Part shown: in pieces, positions 1-9,547 of the stretch
How the letters are laid out: every line of letters begins with the position of its first letter
Numbering within the stretch: position 1 is the first letter of the stretch
Origin: Patescibacteria group bacterium
Lineage (GTDB): Bacteria; Patescibacteriota; Patescibacteriia; Patescibacteriales; UBA12465
NCBI GenBank assembly: GCA_023229115.1
Contig: JALNZW010000003.1
Coordinates: 1,664-65,663, forward strand
Direction: 5' to 3'
DNA length: 64,000 nt
Notes under the pieces: generated by a model
What the model was told of the DNA's origin: nothing
The model's database searches: none
What the model saw: only the letters and a program-made list of their open reading frames with translations
Made by a program: the position numbers and the translations under genes

Positions 1-1041
1 AACATACAAACCCATACGATAAGCAGCTGAAAAAAGTAAAAATAAAGAAGTAATAGTAAAGATGGCTAATATCCTTTGTATTAATAAATTTGTTTTTTTA
101 TAAGTAAAAAAATAAATTAAAATATTAATAATTGATAAAAACAACAACTGCCAAAAACCACTTTTAACTAAGCTTTCAACTTCCTTAAAATCGAAAGGCA
201 ATGATCCAATTAACAAGCGACTTAATTGTATCCACAAAAACAACAAATAAAGAAGTAAAACGCCGCCTAAAACAATTCCGGAAATTATAGGATCAATATT
301 TTTTTTATCTTCTTTTTTCTCTTCACAAATAAATTTTTCACTCCAAGCCGTAAGAGTGGAAAAAAATAAGATTGTTAGAGCAATAAATACTAAAGCTCTA
401 TAAACAAAAGGCAAGGAAATAAAAGAAGAAAACCAACCATAAAAAACCTTCATTCTACTAGCAAATTCCAAATCAGCTGAAGACAAAAGTGGTATAAAGA
501 AAGTTAAAGAAATTATCAAAAATAAAATTACTCCACTAATCACTCTAACAAAAACATTCTTCTTATTTTTATTAACTGGTACTAATAAGTTTAAATACAA
601 ATAAAATGTTTTTCCAATTTTAGATAAAAAAGAAAAAAATCTGGCTACTATCTTTGAAATAAAAGAAAAATCCCAAATTTTATTTTTTTTATTTATCAAA
701 AAAGATTGATTGTAAAAAACAATAAACAACAAAGGAAAAAACAATAAATTTACCACCTTAAAAAAGGGATTGTCATAAAAAGAATAACTAATTGCTATTA
801 AAACCATAGGTATAATCCATAACAAGTCCCTATGACTATAAAAATCTTTTTTATACAAAACCCAGGCAAACAAAGTCAGAAATATAAGCAAAAAGAAAGT
901 AGCATTAAAGCCTAAGGCATAAGGGCCTTTAGACCAAAAATTCCACAAAAAAATAACAAAAAACAAAGCTGGTACAGAGCTTAAAATCAGTCTTAGGGGC
1001 AAATCTTTTTTATTTTCTTTATAATTTTCAGTATGTGACAT
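1..1041 (-). CDS. DUF4153/DUF4173-like polytopic membrane protein (3' end runs off window)
   Basis: Manual translation from ATG at 1041 (MSHTENYKENKKDLPLRL...), open to position 1; many TM segments, LLSSAD, SGFWQL and SAAYRMGLYV motifs typical of DUF4153. Not in ORF track. Confidence 0.7.
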   Translation of the reverse strand, partial: MSHTENYKENKKDLPLRLILSSVPALFFVIFLWNFWSKGPYALGFNATFFLLIFLTLFAWVLYKKDFYSHRDLLWIIPMVLIAISYSFYDNPFFKVVNLLFFPLLFIVFYNQSFLINKKNKIWDFSFISKIVARFFSFLSKIGKTFYLYLNLLVPVNKNKKNVFVRVISGVILFLIISLTFFIPLLSSADLEFASRMKVFYGWFSSFISLPFVYRALVFIALTILFFSTLTAWSEKFICEEKKEDKKNIDPIISGIVLGGVLLLYLLFLWIQLSRLLIGSLPFDFKEVESLVKSGFWQLLFLSIINILIYFFTYKKTNLLIQRILAIFTITSLFLLFSAAYRMGLYV

Positions 1042-1144
1042 TCTTTTTAAAATATATTTTATAATAATCAACAACCAAATTATAACATATTTATTTTCTT
1101 GTTAAAATAATCAACCTAGATATTAAAAGACTTGTAATTAAAAA

Positions 1145-2191
1145 TTAAGAGTTTTCATTTTTAAGATACACAGTTCTAGAAGGAAGTGGAATACTGATAC
1201 CATTTTGATTTAAATCATTATAAATATTTTCTAATGCCTCTAATTTTTTATCGAAAGCAATGGATTGATCATTCACCCAAAATCTAGCCTGCCAATCCAA
1301 GCCAGAGTCCGCCAACTCTAACATGATAGCATTTGGAGCTGGTTCTTTTTCCACACCCTCTATTTTGTTTAAAGAATTAAAAACGACTTCCTTAATTTTA
1401 TCAATATTAGATCCATAGGCAGTGCTAAAATTAACTATAACCCTTAATTTTAAATTGGGTTGAGTAAAATTTTTAATTTTCATTTCAGCTAATCTTCCAT
1501 TCGGAATGGTAATAAGCTCATTGTCAAATGTTCTTATTTTCGTACTTCTAATAGTAACAGAATGAACAATACCCAATTCTCCACCCTCTAAAGACACCTT
1601 ATCTCCAACCTGAAGAGTTTTGTCTAATATTAAGCTAACTCCTCCAAATATATTTTTCAAAGAATCTTGCATGGCAAAACCAATAACAAAACCAGCTATT
1701 CCCATACTAGCCAAAAAAGGAGCAACATTAAATCCCCAAATATCTAAAATCCAAACCAAACCAATTATCAACAAGACAACGATAGTAGTCTTCTTAAATA
1801 ACGGAGATAAAGAGTCAACCATTTTGCTATTATTTTTCTTCTTAAAAACTTCTATCCAAAATCTAATTATAATATCAAAAACAATAGTCGCAGTATAAAT
1901 TAAAAAAACAGCTAAAGTTGAATCTATTATTCTTTCCAGCCAAAGATAAGTAAAATCTAACTGTTTAAGGGCAATTTGTAAACCCAAAACAATTAAAACA
2001 TAAATAAAGGGCGGTTTTAATTTTTCAATAATCAAATCATCTAGCTTTGTTTCTGTTTTTTGGCTCCATTTTTTAAAATATCTTTCAGTTAAAAAAGTTA
2101 TAATTTTTGATGCTAAAAAAAACAATATTAAAATTAACCCAGCCTTGATATATTGATTATCTAGTAAAAAATCGAAAATTTTATTAAACAT
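1145..2191 (-). CDS. mscS: Small-conductance mechanosensitive channel (MscS family)
   Basis: GIAGFVIGFAMQDSLKNIFGG TM3 motif, VGDKV..G.V..VTIRSTKIRTFDNELITIPN. Confidence 0.92.
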   Translation of the reverse strand: MFNKIFDFLLDNQYIKAGLILILFFLASKIITFLTERYFKKWSQKTETKLDDLIIEKLKPPFIYVLIVLGLQIALKQLDFTYLWLERIIDSTLAVFLIYTATIVFDIIIRFWIEVFKKKNNSKMVDSLSPLFKKTTIVVLLIIGLVWILDIWGFNVAPFLASMGIAGFVIGFAMQDSLKNIFGGVSLILDKTLQVGDKVSLEGGELGIVHSVTIRSTKIRTFDNELITIPNGRLAEMKIKNFTQPNLKLRVIVNFSTAYGSNIDKIKEVVFNSLNKIEGVEKEPAPNAIMLELADSGLDWQARFWVNDQSIAFDKKLEALENIYNDLNQNGISIPLPSRTVYLKNENS

Positions 2192-2263
2192 AAATCGAAG
2201 TCTACTTAATTATTAAAATATTATTTTAACACAAAATACAGGAAAAACAAAGATATTTTTAGT

Positions 2264-2296
2264 AAAAACCCCGAAAATATTTTTTTCAGGGTTTTT
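2264..2296 (-). terminator. Intrinsic terminator after small basic ORF
   Basis: AAAAACCCTGAAAA/TTTTCGGGGTTTTT inverted repeat on minus strand. Confidence 0.6.
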
Positions 2297-2307
2297 ATTT
2301 TGTTTTT

Positions 2308-2445
2308 TTATTTTTTTACTGCTTTTTTGGTACCTTTCTTTTCAGCTTTCTCTTCCAACATAACACGTTTAGCCTCTAAGCGTTTAGCTGTTTTATGAGA
2401 TTTACTGTTTTTTCTTTTACCAACACGATGTGGTTTAAGGGCCAT
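2308..2445 (-). CDS. Small very basic protein, 45 aa (MALKPHRVGKRKNSKSHKTAKRLEAKRVMLEEKAEKKGTKKAVKK)
   Basis: Manual translation; ATG..TAA, own terminator, codons like ribosomal genes (CGT, GCT, GGT); below ORF-track cutoff. Confidence 0.65.
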   Translation of the reverse strand: MALKPHRVGKRKNSKSHKTAKRLEAKRVMLEEKAEKKGTKKAVKK

Positions 2446-2535
2446 ATCTTTTAAATTAATTATAAATATAACGATTTCATAATAACACAGAAGAATTTAA
2501 TAAGCAAAAAACACCCAAGCACAAGACTTCTCTTT

Positions 2536-3303
2536 TTATTGCTTGTTCTTGTAAAAAATTCTTCCAATAAAAAACATAAACAAAGCCAAGCACAAGACTA
2601 AAGTAACAATAATGCTTAAATACTCTCCATTGAAGCCAGTTACGGATAAATGTTTTAATAATATACCAAGATAAGCCCAAACAAAAACTAATCCATAGGC
2701 AGTATTTTTATCTTTACACATGCGCAAAATTCCAATCAACGCCCCAACAAGTAAAATAATGCTTGTCCAAATATATTCAGCTATACCAAATCCATTCCAA
2801 TTAATACTTACTAAAAATACTGTAATATTAGCAATCGTCGCTACCGTAATCCAGCCAAAATAAACGCTAAAAGGAATTGATATAAAAAACTTCTCTAAAG
2901 AAGAAAATTTTTGCAGACGAACAATGTCAGCAATTTTAATAAGGCAGAAAAGTAATATTACCATAACAATTACTGACAAGCTAATATAATCATAGTGCCA
3001 AGCAAATATCCATAAAATATTAGCAATTGAAGTGATAATAAAAAAAAGATTTATTTTGCTAAAAAGCTCTGATCTTTTAGAATTAACCCTTAGAAATTGA
3101 TACACAATATAAAAAGCAAGTAGAAGGTAGATTAAACCCCAGATAGAGAAAGTTAAACCGGCTGGCGCAAATAAGTTTGGATAAGCATCTGATATTTGAC
3201 CAGTAGAGAGATTATTAATTGGCAAACTGTTCGCTAAAAAGTTTACAACAAGCATCGAAACATAAGTAACGACTGTAATAATTTTTATAAAAATATTTTT
3301 CAT
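2536..3303 (-). CDS. TspO/MBR-related tryptophan-rich membrane protein
   Basis: LFAPAGLTFSIWGLIY, PFSVYFGWITVATIAN motifs; 8 TM. Confidence 0.8.
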   Translation of the reverse strand: MKNIFIKIITVVTYVSMLVVNFLANSLPINNLSTGQISDAYPNLFAPAGLTFSIWGLIYLLLAFYIVYQFLRVNSKRSELFSKINLFFIITSIANILWIFAWHYDYISLSVIVMVILLFCLIKIADIVRLQKFSSLEKFFISIPFSVYFGWITVATIANITVFLVSINWNGFGIAEYIWTSIILLVGALIGILRMCKDKNTAYGLVFVWAYLGILLKHLSVTGFNGEYLSIIVTLVLCLALFMFFIGRIFYKNKQ

Positions 3304-3369
3304 AGTTTTATTTTTAATAATATAAATAAATTATAACATAAAAATACAAATATTTAAATTAATTAAAAC

Positions 3370-3395
3370 AAAAAAGCCCTTGAATTTTCAAGGGC
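3370..3395 (-). terminator. Intrinsic terminator after ABC-F gene
   Basis: GCCCTTGAA/TTCAAGGGC inverted repeat + T-run on minus. Confidence 0.75.
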
Positions 3396-3415
3396 AAAAA
3401 CAAATAAGCATTTTA

Positions 3416-4888
3416 CTAAAGTTTTCCTAAATCGAGTTCGTCCGTAATCTTTATTTCTTTTATAAATTCAGACATATGACTAATTATAATCAAAGCTCCC
3501 TGATAATCATTGATAGCTTCAGCTATTATTGGAATATGACGAAAATTTATATGATTTGTCGGCTCATCTAAAACCAAAAGACCTGGTTCCATCAAAACTA
3601 TTCTAGCAAAAGACAACAATCCTTTCTGACCCTCAGATAAATCACCAATTTTACTTCCCATTAAATCTCCTGTAATTAAAAATCCAGCAGCAACCGATCT
3701 CATTGTTTGTTCTGTCATCTCCTTGGAAAGACAAGAATCCAAAGATGAAAAAACCGTTTGATCATAATCTAAATTAGAAAAATCTTGACTATAATAGGCA
3801 AGCTTAACTTTTGGTAAAATCTCCAAGCCCTCTTGAGTTCCCAAGACCAAAGATCTAAGCAAACTACTCTTGCCAATTCCATTTGGCCCCTTTATTAAAA
3901 GCCTATCTCTTTTAGTTAAAACTTTGTTAACATTTTTAAATATTGGTTCATGGTTTTTAATTACTCTAACTTTTGAAATACTAACAATATTACCATTAAT
4001 ATCTTCTTGGGCCGGAATATCAAATTTTCTAATAGTTTTATCTTCCCTTCTAACATCTACTTTATTTTCCTCTAAGTCCTCTGTCTCTGCTTTTAACTTT
4101 TGAGCTAACTTACGCATCTTACCTCCCTTGTTGGCAAAAAAATTTACTTTTTCTTTTCGATCTTTTATCTTTTTTTCTAGTTGTGCATTTTTCATTATTT
4201 CCCTCTCTACTCTTCTGGAAACTTCTTCGACCACTGAATAATAATCACCAACATAAAGCTCTGTCTTTCTAGTAAAAACATCTAAGTAAATAACGCCCTC
4301 GGTAAAGCAGTTTAAAAAATCAGCATCATGAGAAATAACAATAACTGTTTTGTCATACATTATTAAAAAACTAATTAAGTGGTCTATACCACCTTGATCT
4401 AAGTTATTTGTAGGCTCATCTAACAGTAAAATGTCAGGGTCTTTAATTAAAGCAAAGGCAAGTAAAAGTCTCGCCTGTTGACCACCGGAAAGATCGCCAA
4501 CTTTTTTATCCAAAGGTACCTGAAAATCAACCGCATCTAGAACTTTACTGATACGACTTTTTATATTACCAGGAACTTCTTCAAAAGCTTTTGAAAAGTA
4601 ACTTTCAACACTAAGATCTAAATCTTCTTTGGCCATTGTTTGCTTGGCTGTTCCTATGCTAGCATCATTAGTAATGGAAATTAGACCTTCCTTTGCTTTT
4701 AATTCTCCTTTTATTAGCTTAAAAATAGTGCTTTTACCAGCCCCATTTTGACCCATTAAGGTTATTTTTGCTCCCCTTCTGATACTAAAATTAGCCTCAT
4801 CTAAAATGGGCTTTTTTTCTAAATATTCAAATTTAACATCTTTGAAACTAAGTATTACTTCTTCTGACATAAGTTCATATCCAATCAT
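3416..4888 (-). CDS. ABC-F family ribosome-associated ATPase
   Basis: Two ABC domains (GQNGAGKS, LSGGQ, LLLDEPTNNLD; GPNGIGKS, LSEGQ, LDEPTNH), no TM. Confidence 0.9.
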   Translation of the reverse strand: MIGYELMSEEVILSFKDVKFEYLEKKPILDEANFSIRRGAKITLMGQNGAGKSTIFKLIKGELKAKEGLISITNDASIGTAKQTMAKEDLDLSVESYFSKAFEEVPGNIKSRISKVLDAVDFQVPLDKKVGDLSGGQQARLLLAFALIKDPDILLLDEPTNNLDQGGIDHLISFLIMYDKTVIVISHDADFLNCFTEGVIYLDVFTRKTELYVGDYYSVVEEVSRRVEREIMKNAQLEKKIKDRKEKVNFFANKGGKMRKLAQKLKAETEDLEENKVDVRREDKTIRKFDIPAQEDINGNIVSISKVRVIKNHEPIFKNVNKVLTKRDRLLIKGPNGIGKSSLLRSLVLGTQEGLEILPKVKLAYYSQDFSNLDYDQTVFSSLDSCLSKEMTEQTMRSVAAGFLITGDLMGSKIGDLSEGQKGLLSFARIVLMEPGLLVLDEPTNHINFRHIPIIAEAINDYQGALIIISHMSEFIKEIKITDELDLGKL

Positions 4889-5026
4889 AAATAAATCAAA
4901 TTAAGAATGTTAAAGCAATTTTTGCTTATAAACATTAATAATCACCTTATTTAGGTTAGCACATCTTGAATAAAAATCAAATACAAAGACCTGTTTAGAT
5001 TTATATTAATTAAAATGATTATATAC

Positions 5027-5053
5027 AAAAAACCGCATCTATTTAGATGCGGT
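5027..5053 (-). terminator. Intrinsic terminator
   Basis: ACCGCATCT-attt-AGATGCGGT + T-run on minus. Confidence 0.65.
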
Positions 5054-5373
5054 AGAAGCATTGTCAAAGATTATAATCTCTTAAAAAGACCATCAAATAA
5101 AATGCCTAATTTGTCACAACGCTTTATGCCGTTGAGCCTACCCTGCACATCTTTTAGGTAAAAATATTTTTCATCTTTATTCATTTCTCTGATAGAGCCT
5201 GATGATTTTAATTGACAAACATTATGCTGATTATAAGCGCCAAAAACATTAACATCTTCATGTGAAGAAATAAATTTTAACTAACAAAAAAGTATACTAA
5301 AATAGTATACTTTTATCAAGAGTCTGTAATTGTGAAAAAAACCGAAAGAATGTGACTAAAATTAAACAAGATT

Positions 5374-6090
5374 TTAACCCTTAATATTCAACTCTTTTTC
5401 AATATCTTCTTTGCTAATATTTTTAGTACAAAAAAACCAATCATAACAATTCATTTCATCTTTATTTTCCATTCTTTCTTTGGCTACACCACAAGAACCA
5501 GCTGTAGGCACTATAACTTCATCTCCTGGCCTCCAATCAGCTGGAGTAGCGATAGAAAATTTATCAGCGGCTTGCATAGCTATTAAAGCCCTATACAATT
5601 CATCAAAATTACGACCCAAACTTAATGGATAATAAATAATTGCTCTAATTATTCCCTTAGGATCAATAAAGAATACAGCCCGAACTGCCTTAGTATTACT
5701 CTCTCCTGGCTGCATCATTCCATATTTTTCAGCAACTTCCATAGTAATATCTTCAATTAAAGGAAATTTAACTTCGACATTTTTCATCCCCTTATACTCT
5801 ATTTTTTCCTTAATAGTACGAAGCCAAGCAATATGACTATACAAGCCATCAACTGATAATCCCACAAGCTTACAATTAGCTTGATTGAATTTTTCCTCCA
5901 TACTAGCAAAGGTCATAAATTCTGAAGTACAAACTGGAGTAAAATCAGCTGGATGACTAAAAAGAATAACCCAGGAATCTTTATAGTCTTCAGGAAAATT
6001 AATCTCACCTTGAGTAGTGACAGCTTTAAAGACTGGGGCCTTTTCACCAATTCTAGGAATTGAGAAAATTTTGTTTTCATTGTTTTCCAT
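5374..6090 (-). CDS. Peroxiredoxin (Prx6/AhpC-TSA family)
   Basis: FSHPADFTPVCTSEF peroxidatic motif; GRNFDE; C-terminal CYDWFFC. Confidence 0.93.
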   Translation of the reverse strand: MENNENKIFSIPRIGEKAPVFKAVTTQGEINFPEDYKDSWVILFSHPADFTPVCTSEFMTFASMEEKFNQANCKLVGLSVDGLYSHIAWLRTIKEKIEYKGMKNVEVKFPLIEDITMEVAEKYGMMQPGESNTKAVRAVFFIDPKGIIRAIIYYPLSLGRNFDELYRALIAMQAADKFSIATPADWRPGDEVIVPTAGSCGVAKERMENKDEMNCYDWFFCTKNISKEDIEKELNIKG

Positions 6091-6146
6091 AAATTTAAAA
6101 TTAATTATTAGTTAATTTATATTATATCATTTTTTAAGAGTATAGA

Positions 6147-6587
6147 CTAAATTTCTTTATCCATTAAAACAAAATCTCTATTTGCGTAATAATTAAGTAA
6201 AATAGCCCTAGTTTTATATCCAAGCTTTTCATACAAGCTTTTAGCCTTCCAGTCTAACCCAGTTTCAAGACGAATTTTGTGAACACCCAAAGACTTTACA
6301 TGGGTTTCAACTGTATTTATAATCTTTTTTGCCAAACCATTTCTTCTAAATCTTCTTCCAACAATTAATGAATCAATTTGTGCAACTCCTAACTCTGTAA
6401 AAAAAGAAACGTAAGCAATAATTTTATTATCGGCTGCGTTTCTAGCAACAAGGGTATAAAAATTTTTAGAAAAATCCAGATTATGTTCTCCATAATGCTC
6501 TCTATCGGCTTCGGGCCATTCTTCAGCTTTAAATTTATCCAACAAAAAAACATCTATATCCTCTAGTTTTACTATATCAATATTCAT
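6147..6587 (-). CDS. GNAT family N-acetyltransferase
   Basis: LIVGRRFRRNGLAKK acetyl-CoA motif A; AKSLYEKLGY. Confidence 0.85.
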   Translation of the reverse strand: MNIDIVKLEDIDVFLLDKFKAEEWPEADREHYGEHNLDFSKNFYTLVARNAADNKIIAYVSFFTELGVAQIDSLIVGRRFRRNGLAKKIINTVETHVKSLGVHKIRLETGLDWKAKSLYEKLGYKTRAILLNYYANRDFVLMDKEI

Positions 6588-6814
6588 TTTTGAAATATAA
6601 ATTATAATTATTAAAATTATACCATTTTTTATTGAAAAAATAAAAAAGTTCTGATTCTTATCTAGGGTATAAAAAAAGACCTAATAAAATTAGGTCTTTT
6701 ATCTTAGCCACGTAAAAAAACCTTCGATGTTCACGTGTCCACGTAATAAAAACAAAACAGCCACTAATGTGGCTTGTTTTATTTTTATTTTATTATATCT
6801 TATTTTAACAACAA

Positions 6815-6843
6815 AAAAAGTAGACAAAATTTGTCTACTTTTT
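6815..6843. terminator. Perfect inverted repeat / bidirectional terminator
   Basis: AAAAAGTAGACAAA-A-TTTGTCTACTTTTT. Confidence 0.65.
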
Positions 6844-6858
6844 GGGGTACAGATCATT

Positions 6859-6910
6859 GCTCCGAGGCTAGGACGCGAACGGGTCTCTCGAACCACGCCC
6901 GTCCCTCGGT
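6859..6910 (-). repeat. GC-rich hairpin with degenerate copy of tRNA-Asn 3' end; shares 26-mer with 12412-12437
   Basis: gctccgaggctaggacgcgaac vs tRNA gctccgagggtgggattcgaac (18/22); gacgcgaacgggtctctcgaaccacg vs gacgcgtatgggtctctcgaaacgcg (22/26). Confidence 0.7.
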
Positions 6911-6916
6911 AAAAAA

Positions 6917-7861
6917 CTATTCAGTAGCCATAATAATCTCTCCACACTTATCTTTATACTGATCTACAATATCAAAAATATCATCTATTTTAGGTTCTCT
7001 AGCAGTGATTTCTTCTCCGTTTTTAAATGTCGCTGTAACTTCCAAAGCATGTGTTTGCATAACTGATTCTATTTCACATTCGGCAATAGCTTGTTTTATT
7101 AAATTCCAATTAGTAATATTTGTAAATGCATAATCTTCTGCTTTTACAATTAATTCGTCTACGTCATGATCAAATATTTTCCGTTGAACATCCTCGGGAA
7201 ATATTTTCTTAATATCTTTGGTATAATCAGCTCCATCACCTGGAGCTTCATATGAAAATTTATTTATATCATAATATGACAACTCATTTGGATAATCTAT
7301 TTTAACTGGACCAGATGAACCACTGACTGTAACTAACTTATTATTTTCAATCACATATTCTCCGCAATAGGCCCAAATATATAATGGGAATAATTCTTGG
7401 TCAGGTTTTAAATTTTTAATTGTACAAAAATTATAGCTATCATCTCGATTTTTCCAGCTAAAATGTTTTTGTATTAATAAATATCTTTCTATGGCTTGCT
7501 CTCTTGGTGTTGGGTTGTAGGCTATATTTATTTTATCTGTTACTTGGGTTGAAGCGTTAACACAAAATTGTTTTGAATGACAACTTAAATAATTTGAGAC
7601 TACCGTTTCACCACAAAGAGAGCAAGTGTCTTGATGTTCCAAGCACTCAACTTCATTTAACTTTTCACAAGCATCTTCATCGATAAAATCATTATTTTGC
7701 AAAGATAAAAGTATTCCAGGGATTATACCTACTAAAATCAGTACTACTCCTAAAATCAAATAGATTTTATTAAATTTATTTTGTTTTTTCTTTTGGGTAA
7801 AATAGATGATCAACCCAATTGTCCCCAAGATTAAAAATATTAGTGATGTTGGTATTGGCAT
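6917..7861 (-). CDS. Membrane-anchored extracytoplasmic hypothetical protein with Cys-rich segment
   Basis: Two N-terminal TMs, C-x7-C-x6-CxxC..C..C segment, soluble C-terminus. Confidence 0.7.
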   Translation of the reverse strand: MPIPTSLIFLILGTIGLIIYFTQKKKQNKFNKIYLILGVVLILVGIIPGILLSLQNNDFIDEDACEKLNEVECLEHQDTCSLCGETVVSNYLSCHSKQFCVNASTQVTDKINIAYNPTPREQAIERYLLIQKHFSWKNRDDSYNFCTIKNLKPDQELFPLYIWAYCGEYVIENNKLVTVSGSSGPVKIDYPNELSYYDINKFSYEAPGDGADYTKDIKKIFPEDVQRKIFDHDVDELIVKAEDYAFTNITNWNLIKQAIAECEIESVMQTHALEVTATFKNGEEITAREPKIDDIFDIVDQYKDKCGEIIMATE

Positions 7862-7889
7862 AAAGTTATATTAATAAATTTTTTAATCT

Positions 7890-8087
7890 CTAATTAATCT
7901 TAGTGTTATTATTCGTAAAAACATAAAAAAATAGAGCATTTATTATAACAAACAACAAAGAAAAAATAATAGAAAATGCTATAAAACTTTCTTCTAAACT
8001 TTTTTGTAATGCCCAAATATTTATACCAATAAATATTATTCCAATTATTGCATTGATAGAAATGTTTATAAAAATTATTTTTTTCAT
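7890..8087 (-). CDS. Small two-TM membrane protein
   Basis: 65 aa, two hydrophobic helices, co-oriented in operon. Confidence 0.6.
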   Translation of the reverse strand: MKKIIFINISINAIIGIIFIGINIWALQKSLEESFIAFSIIFSLLFVIINALFFYVFTNNNTKIN

Positions 8088-8104
8088 AAGTATATTTTTA
8101 ATCT

Positions 8105-9541
8105 CTATAACTCATCATAATAATTTACAATACCAGAATTTTCCCCTGACACAACTTCCATATTACCAGTAATGTATACATTTAATCTACTTGTGTTTGT
8201 CGCATTAATTACCGCCTCCTCTGCTATAAATTTATCCATTTCAACCCAGCAATCACCTGAATCTATTATCAAATTCTTAGCCGAACCTGTTAAATTAATG
8301 ATACCACCATTAGCATCTAATTTCAATGTATCTATAACCTTAACATTACCCTTTATATTATTAAACCTATGAGTCAATTTTATTTCTAAATTATCAACTT
8401 CTAAACTTCCCAATTTAACATTAGCACCTTCATTTTTTATTTTTTCAACATCTGGCATGGTTATTTCTATCGCTAGGTGCTTGGTTCCTGCTCGAAACAA
8501 AATATTTCTGTTCTCTACGATCCAAGTATCAGTATTAAAAAATGTTTCAAAGCTCGATCTTTTAATATTTAAAGTATTATCAACTTTTTCAAAGTCTAAT
8601 CCGATCTGATCATACTCACTACCTTTAATTAAAATGTCAAAATCATCACCTTGCTTAATTATTATGTCATCAAATTCAACATAAGGTGATATATAGATGT
8701 TTTTAAAATCTTTAATATCAATATGACTCTCCTGAATGTTGGCCTTCATATCTGCTTCTTTTACTTTAAACCCAGAATTCAAATAAATAAATGATAAAAG
8801 AAAAATAATTAAAAAAATACCAAGATAGATAAGCAAACGCAATGATATTTTCTTGTTTAAATATTTCTTGCTAGGAAACAATGAAATTATTCCTAAATTA
8901 ATAATAAATATTAATGGTATCGCCAAAATACAAAAGATAGAAATGAGCATTGGATAATAACCCCAAAATCCAATAACATCTATAATTCTAAAATCAGCCA
9001 TTATGTATCTAAGCCAATGGCTTGAGGGGTTGAAAAATAAATATAAAAATATAACTGTGGATGTCAATATTCCCAAAGATCCAGCACCTAAAAATATTCC
9101 TCCAAATATTTTTTTAAAAGCTAGAACTATCTTTGAATTTGGATATTTTTTAAATTGCTCTGATGTGCCCCTGATAACTAATCCAATTAGACCACCCGCC
9201 AAACTTAAAACAATAAAAGGGAAAAATATACCCAACAAAGCTTCAAAACTGAAAGATGGCTTGGGCAAATATCCATGATTTGAATATGTTAATAAATAGT
9301 TAATTACTACAACTGCTATATTATTAACTAAAGTCCCGATTAATAAAATTGGTAAAAACTCATAGCTTCTATTTTTGTCTTGGACTAAAATCAATAAAAT
9401 ACCTGTCAAAAAAGGTAATAAAAGCATAATAAAAATAACTGGTAGATAGCCAAACATAATATTATCTAATCCACCAGGTAATATATTTAATACTGTAGTA
9501 ACAATTATAGTAAAAATAAAAATGTAAAAAAGTTTTTTCAT
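8105..9541 (-). CDS. Membrane protein with C-terminal DUF2807 (head GIN-like) domain
   Basis: 7 TM N-terminus; DFKNIYI..DIIIKQGDDF.I.IKG..LAIEITMPDVEKI beta-solenoid pattern. Confidence 0.65.
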   Translation of the reverse strand: MKKLFYIFIFTIIVTTVLNILPGGLDNIMFGYLPVIFIMLLLPFLTGILLILVQDKNRSYEFLPILLIGTLVNNIAVVVINYLLTYSNHGYLPKPSFSFEALLGIFFPFIVLSLAGGLIGLVIRGTSEQFKKYPNSKIVLAFKKIFGGIFLGAGSLGILTSTVIFLYLFFNPSSHWLRYIMADFRIIDVIGFWGYYPMLISIFCILAIPLIFIINLGIISLFPSKKYLNKKISLRLLIYLGIFLIIFLLSFIYLNSGFKVKEADMKANIQESHIDIKDFKNIYISPYVEFDDIIIKQGDDFDILIKGSEYDQIGLDFEKVDNTLNIKRSSFETFFNTDTWIVENRNILFRAGTKHLAIEITMPDVEKIKNEGANVKLGSLEVDNLEIKLTHRFNNIKGNVKVIDTLKLDANGGIINLTGSAKNLIIDSGDCWVEMDKFIAEEAVINATNTSRLNVYITGNMEVVSGENSGIVNYYDEL

Positions 9542-9547
9542 AAAAAT

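Noticed and set aside
5071-5261. 17-aa hydrophobic ORF (5208-5261) and 37-aa ORF (5071-5184) on minus, before a terminator
   Set aside because: No recognisable motif; may be a decayed gene or small toxin but unsupported
6699-6962. ORFs 6699-6896, 6727-6912, 6774-6962
   Set aside because: Run through several terminator hairpins and the repeat; better explained as non-coding
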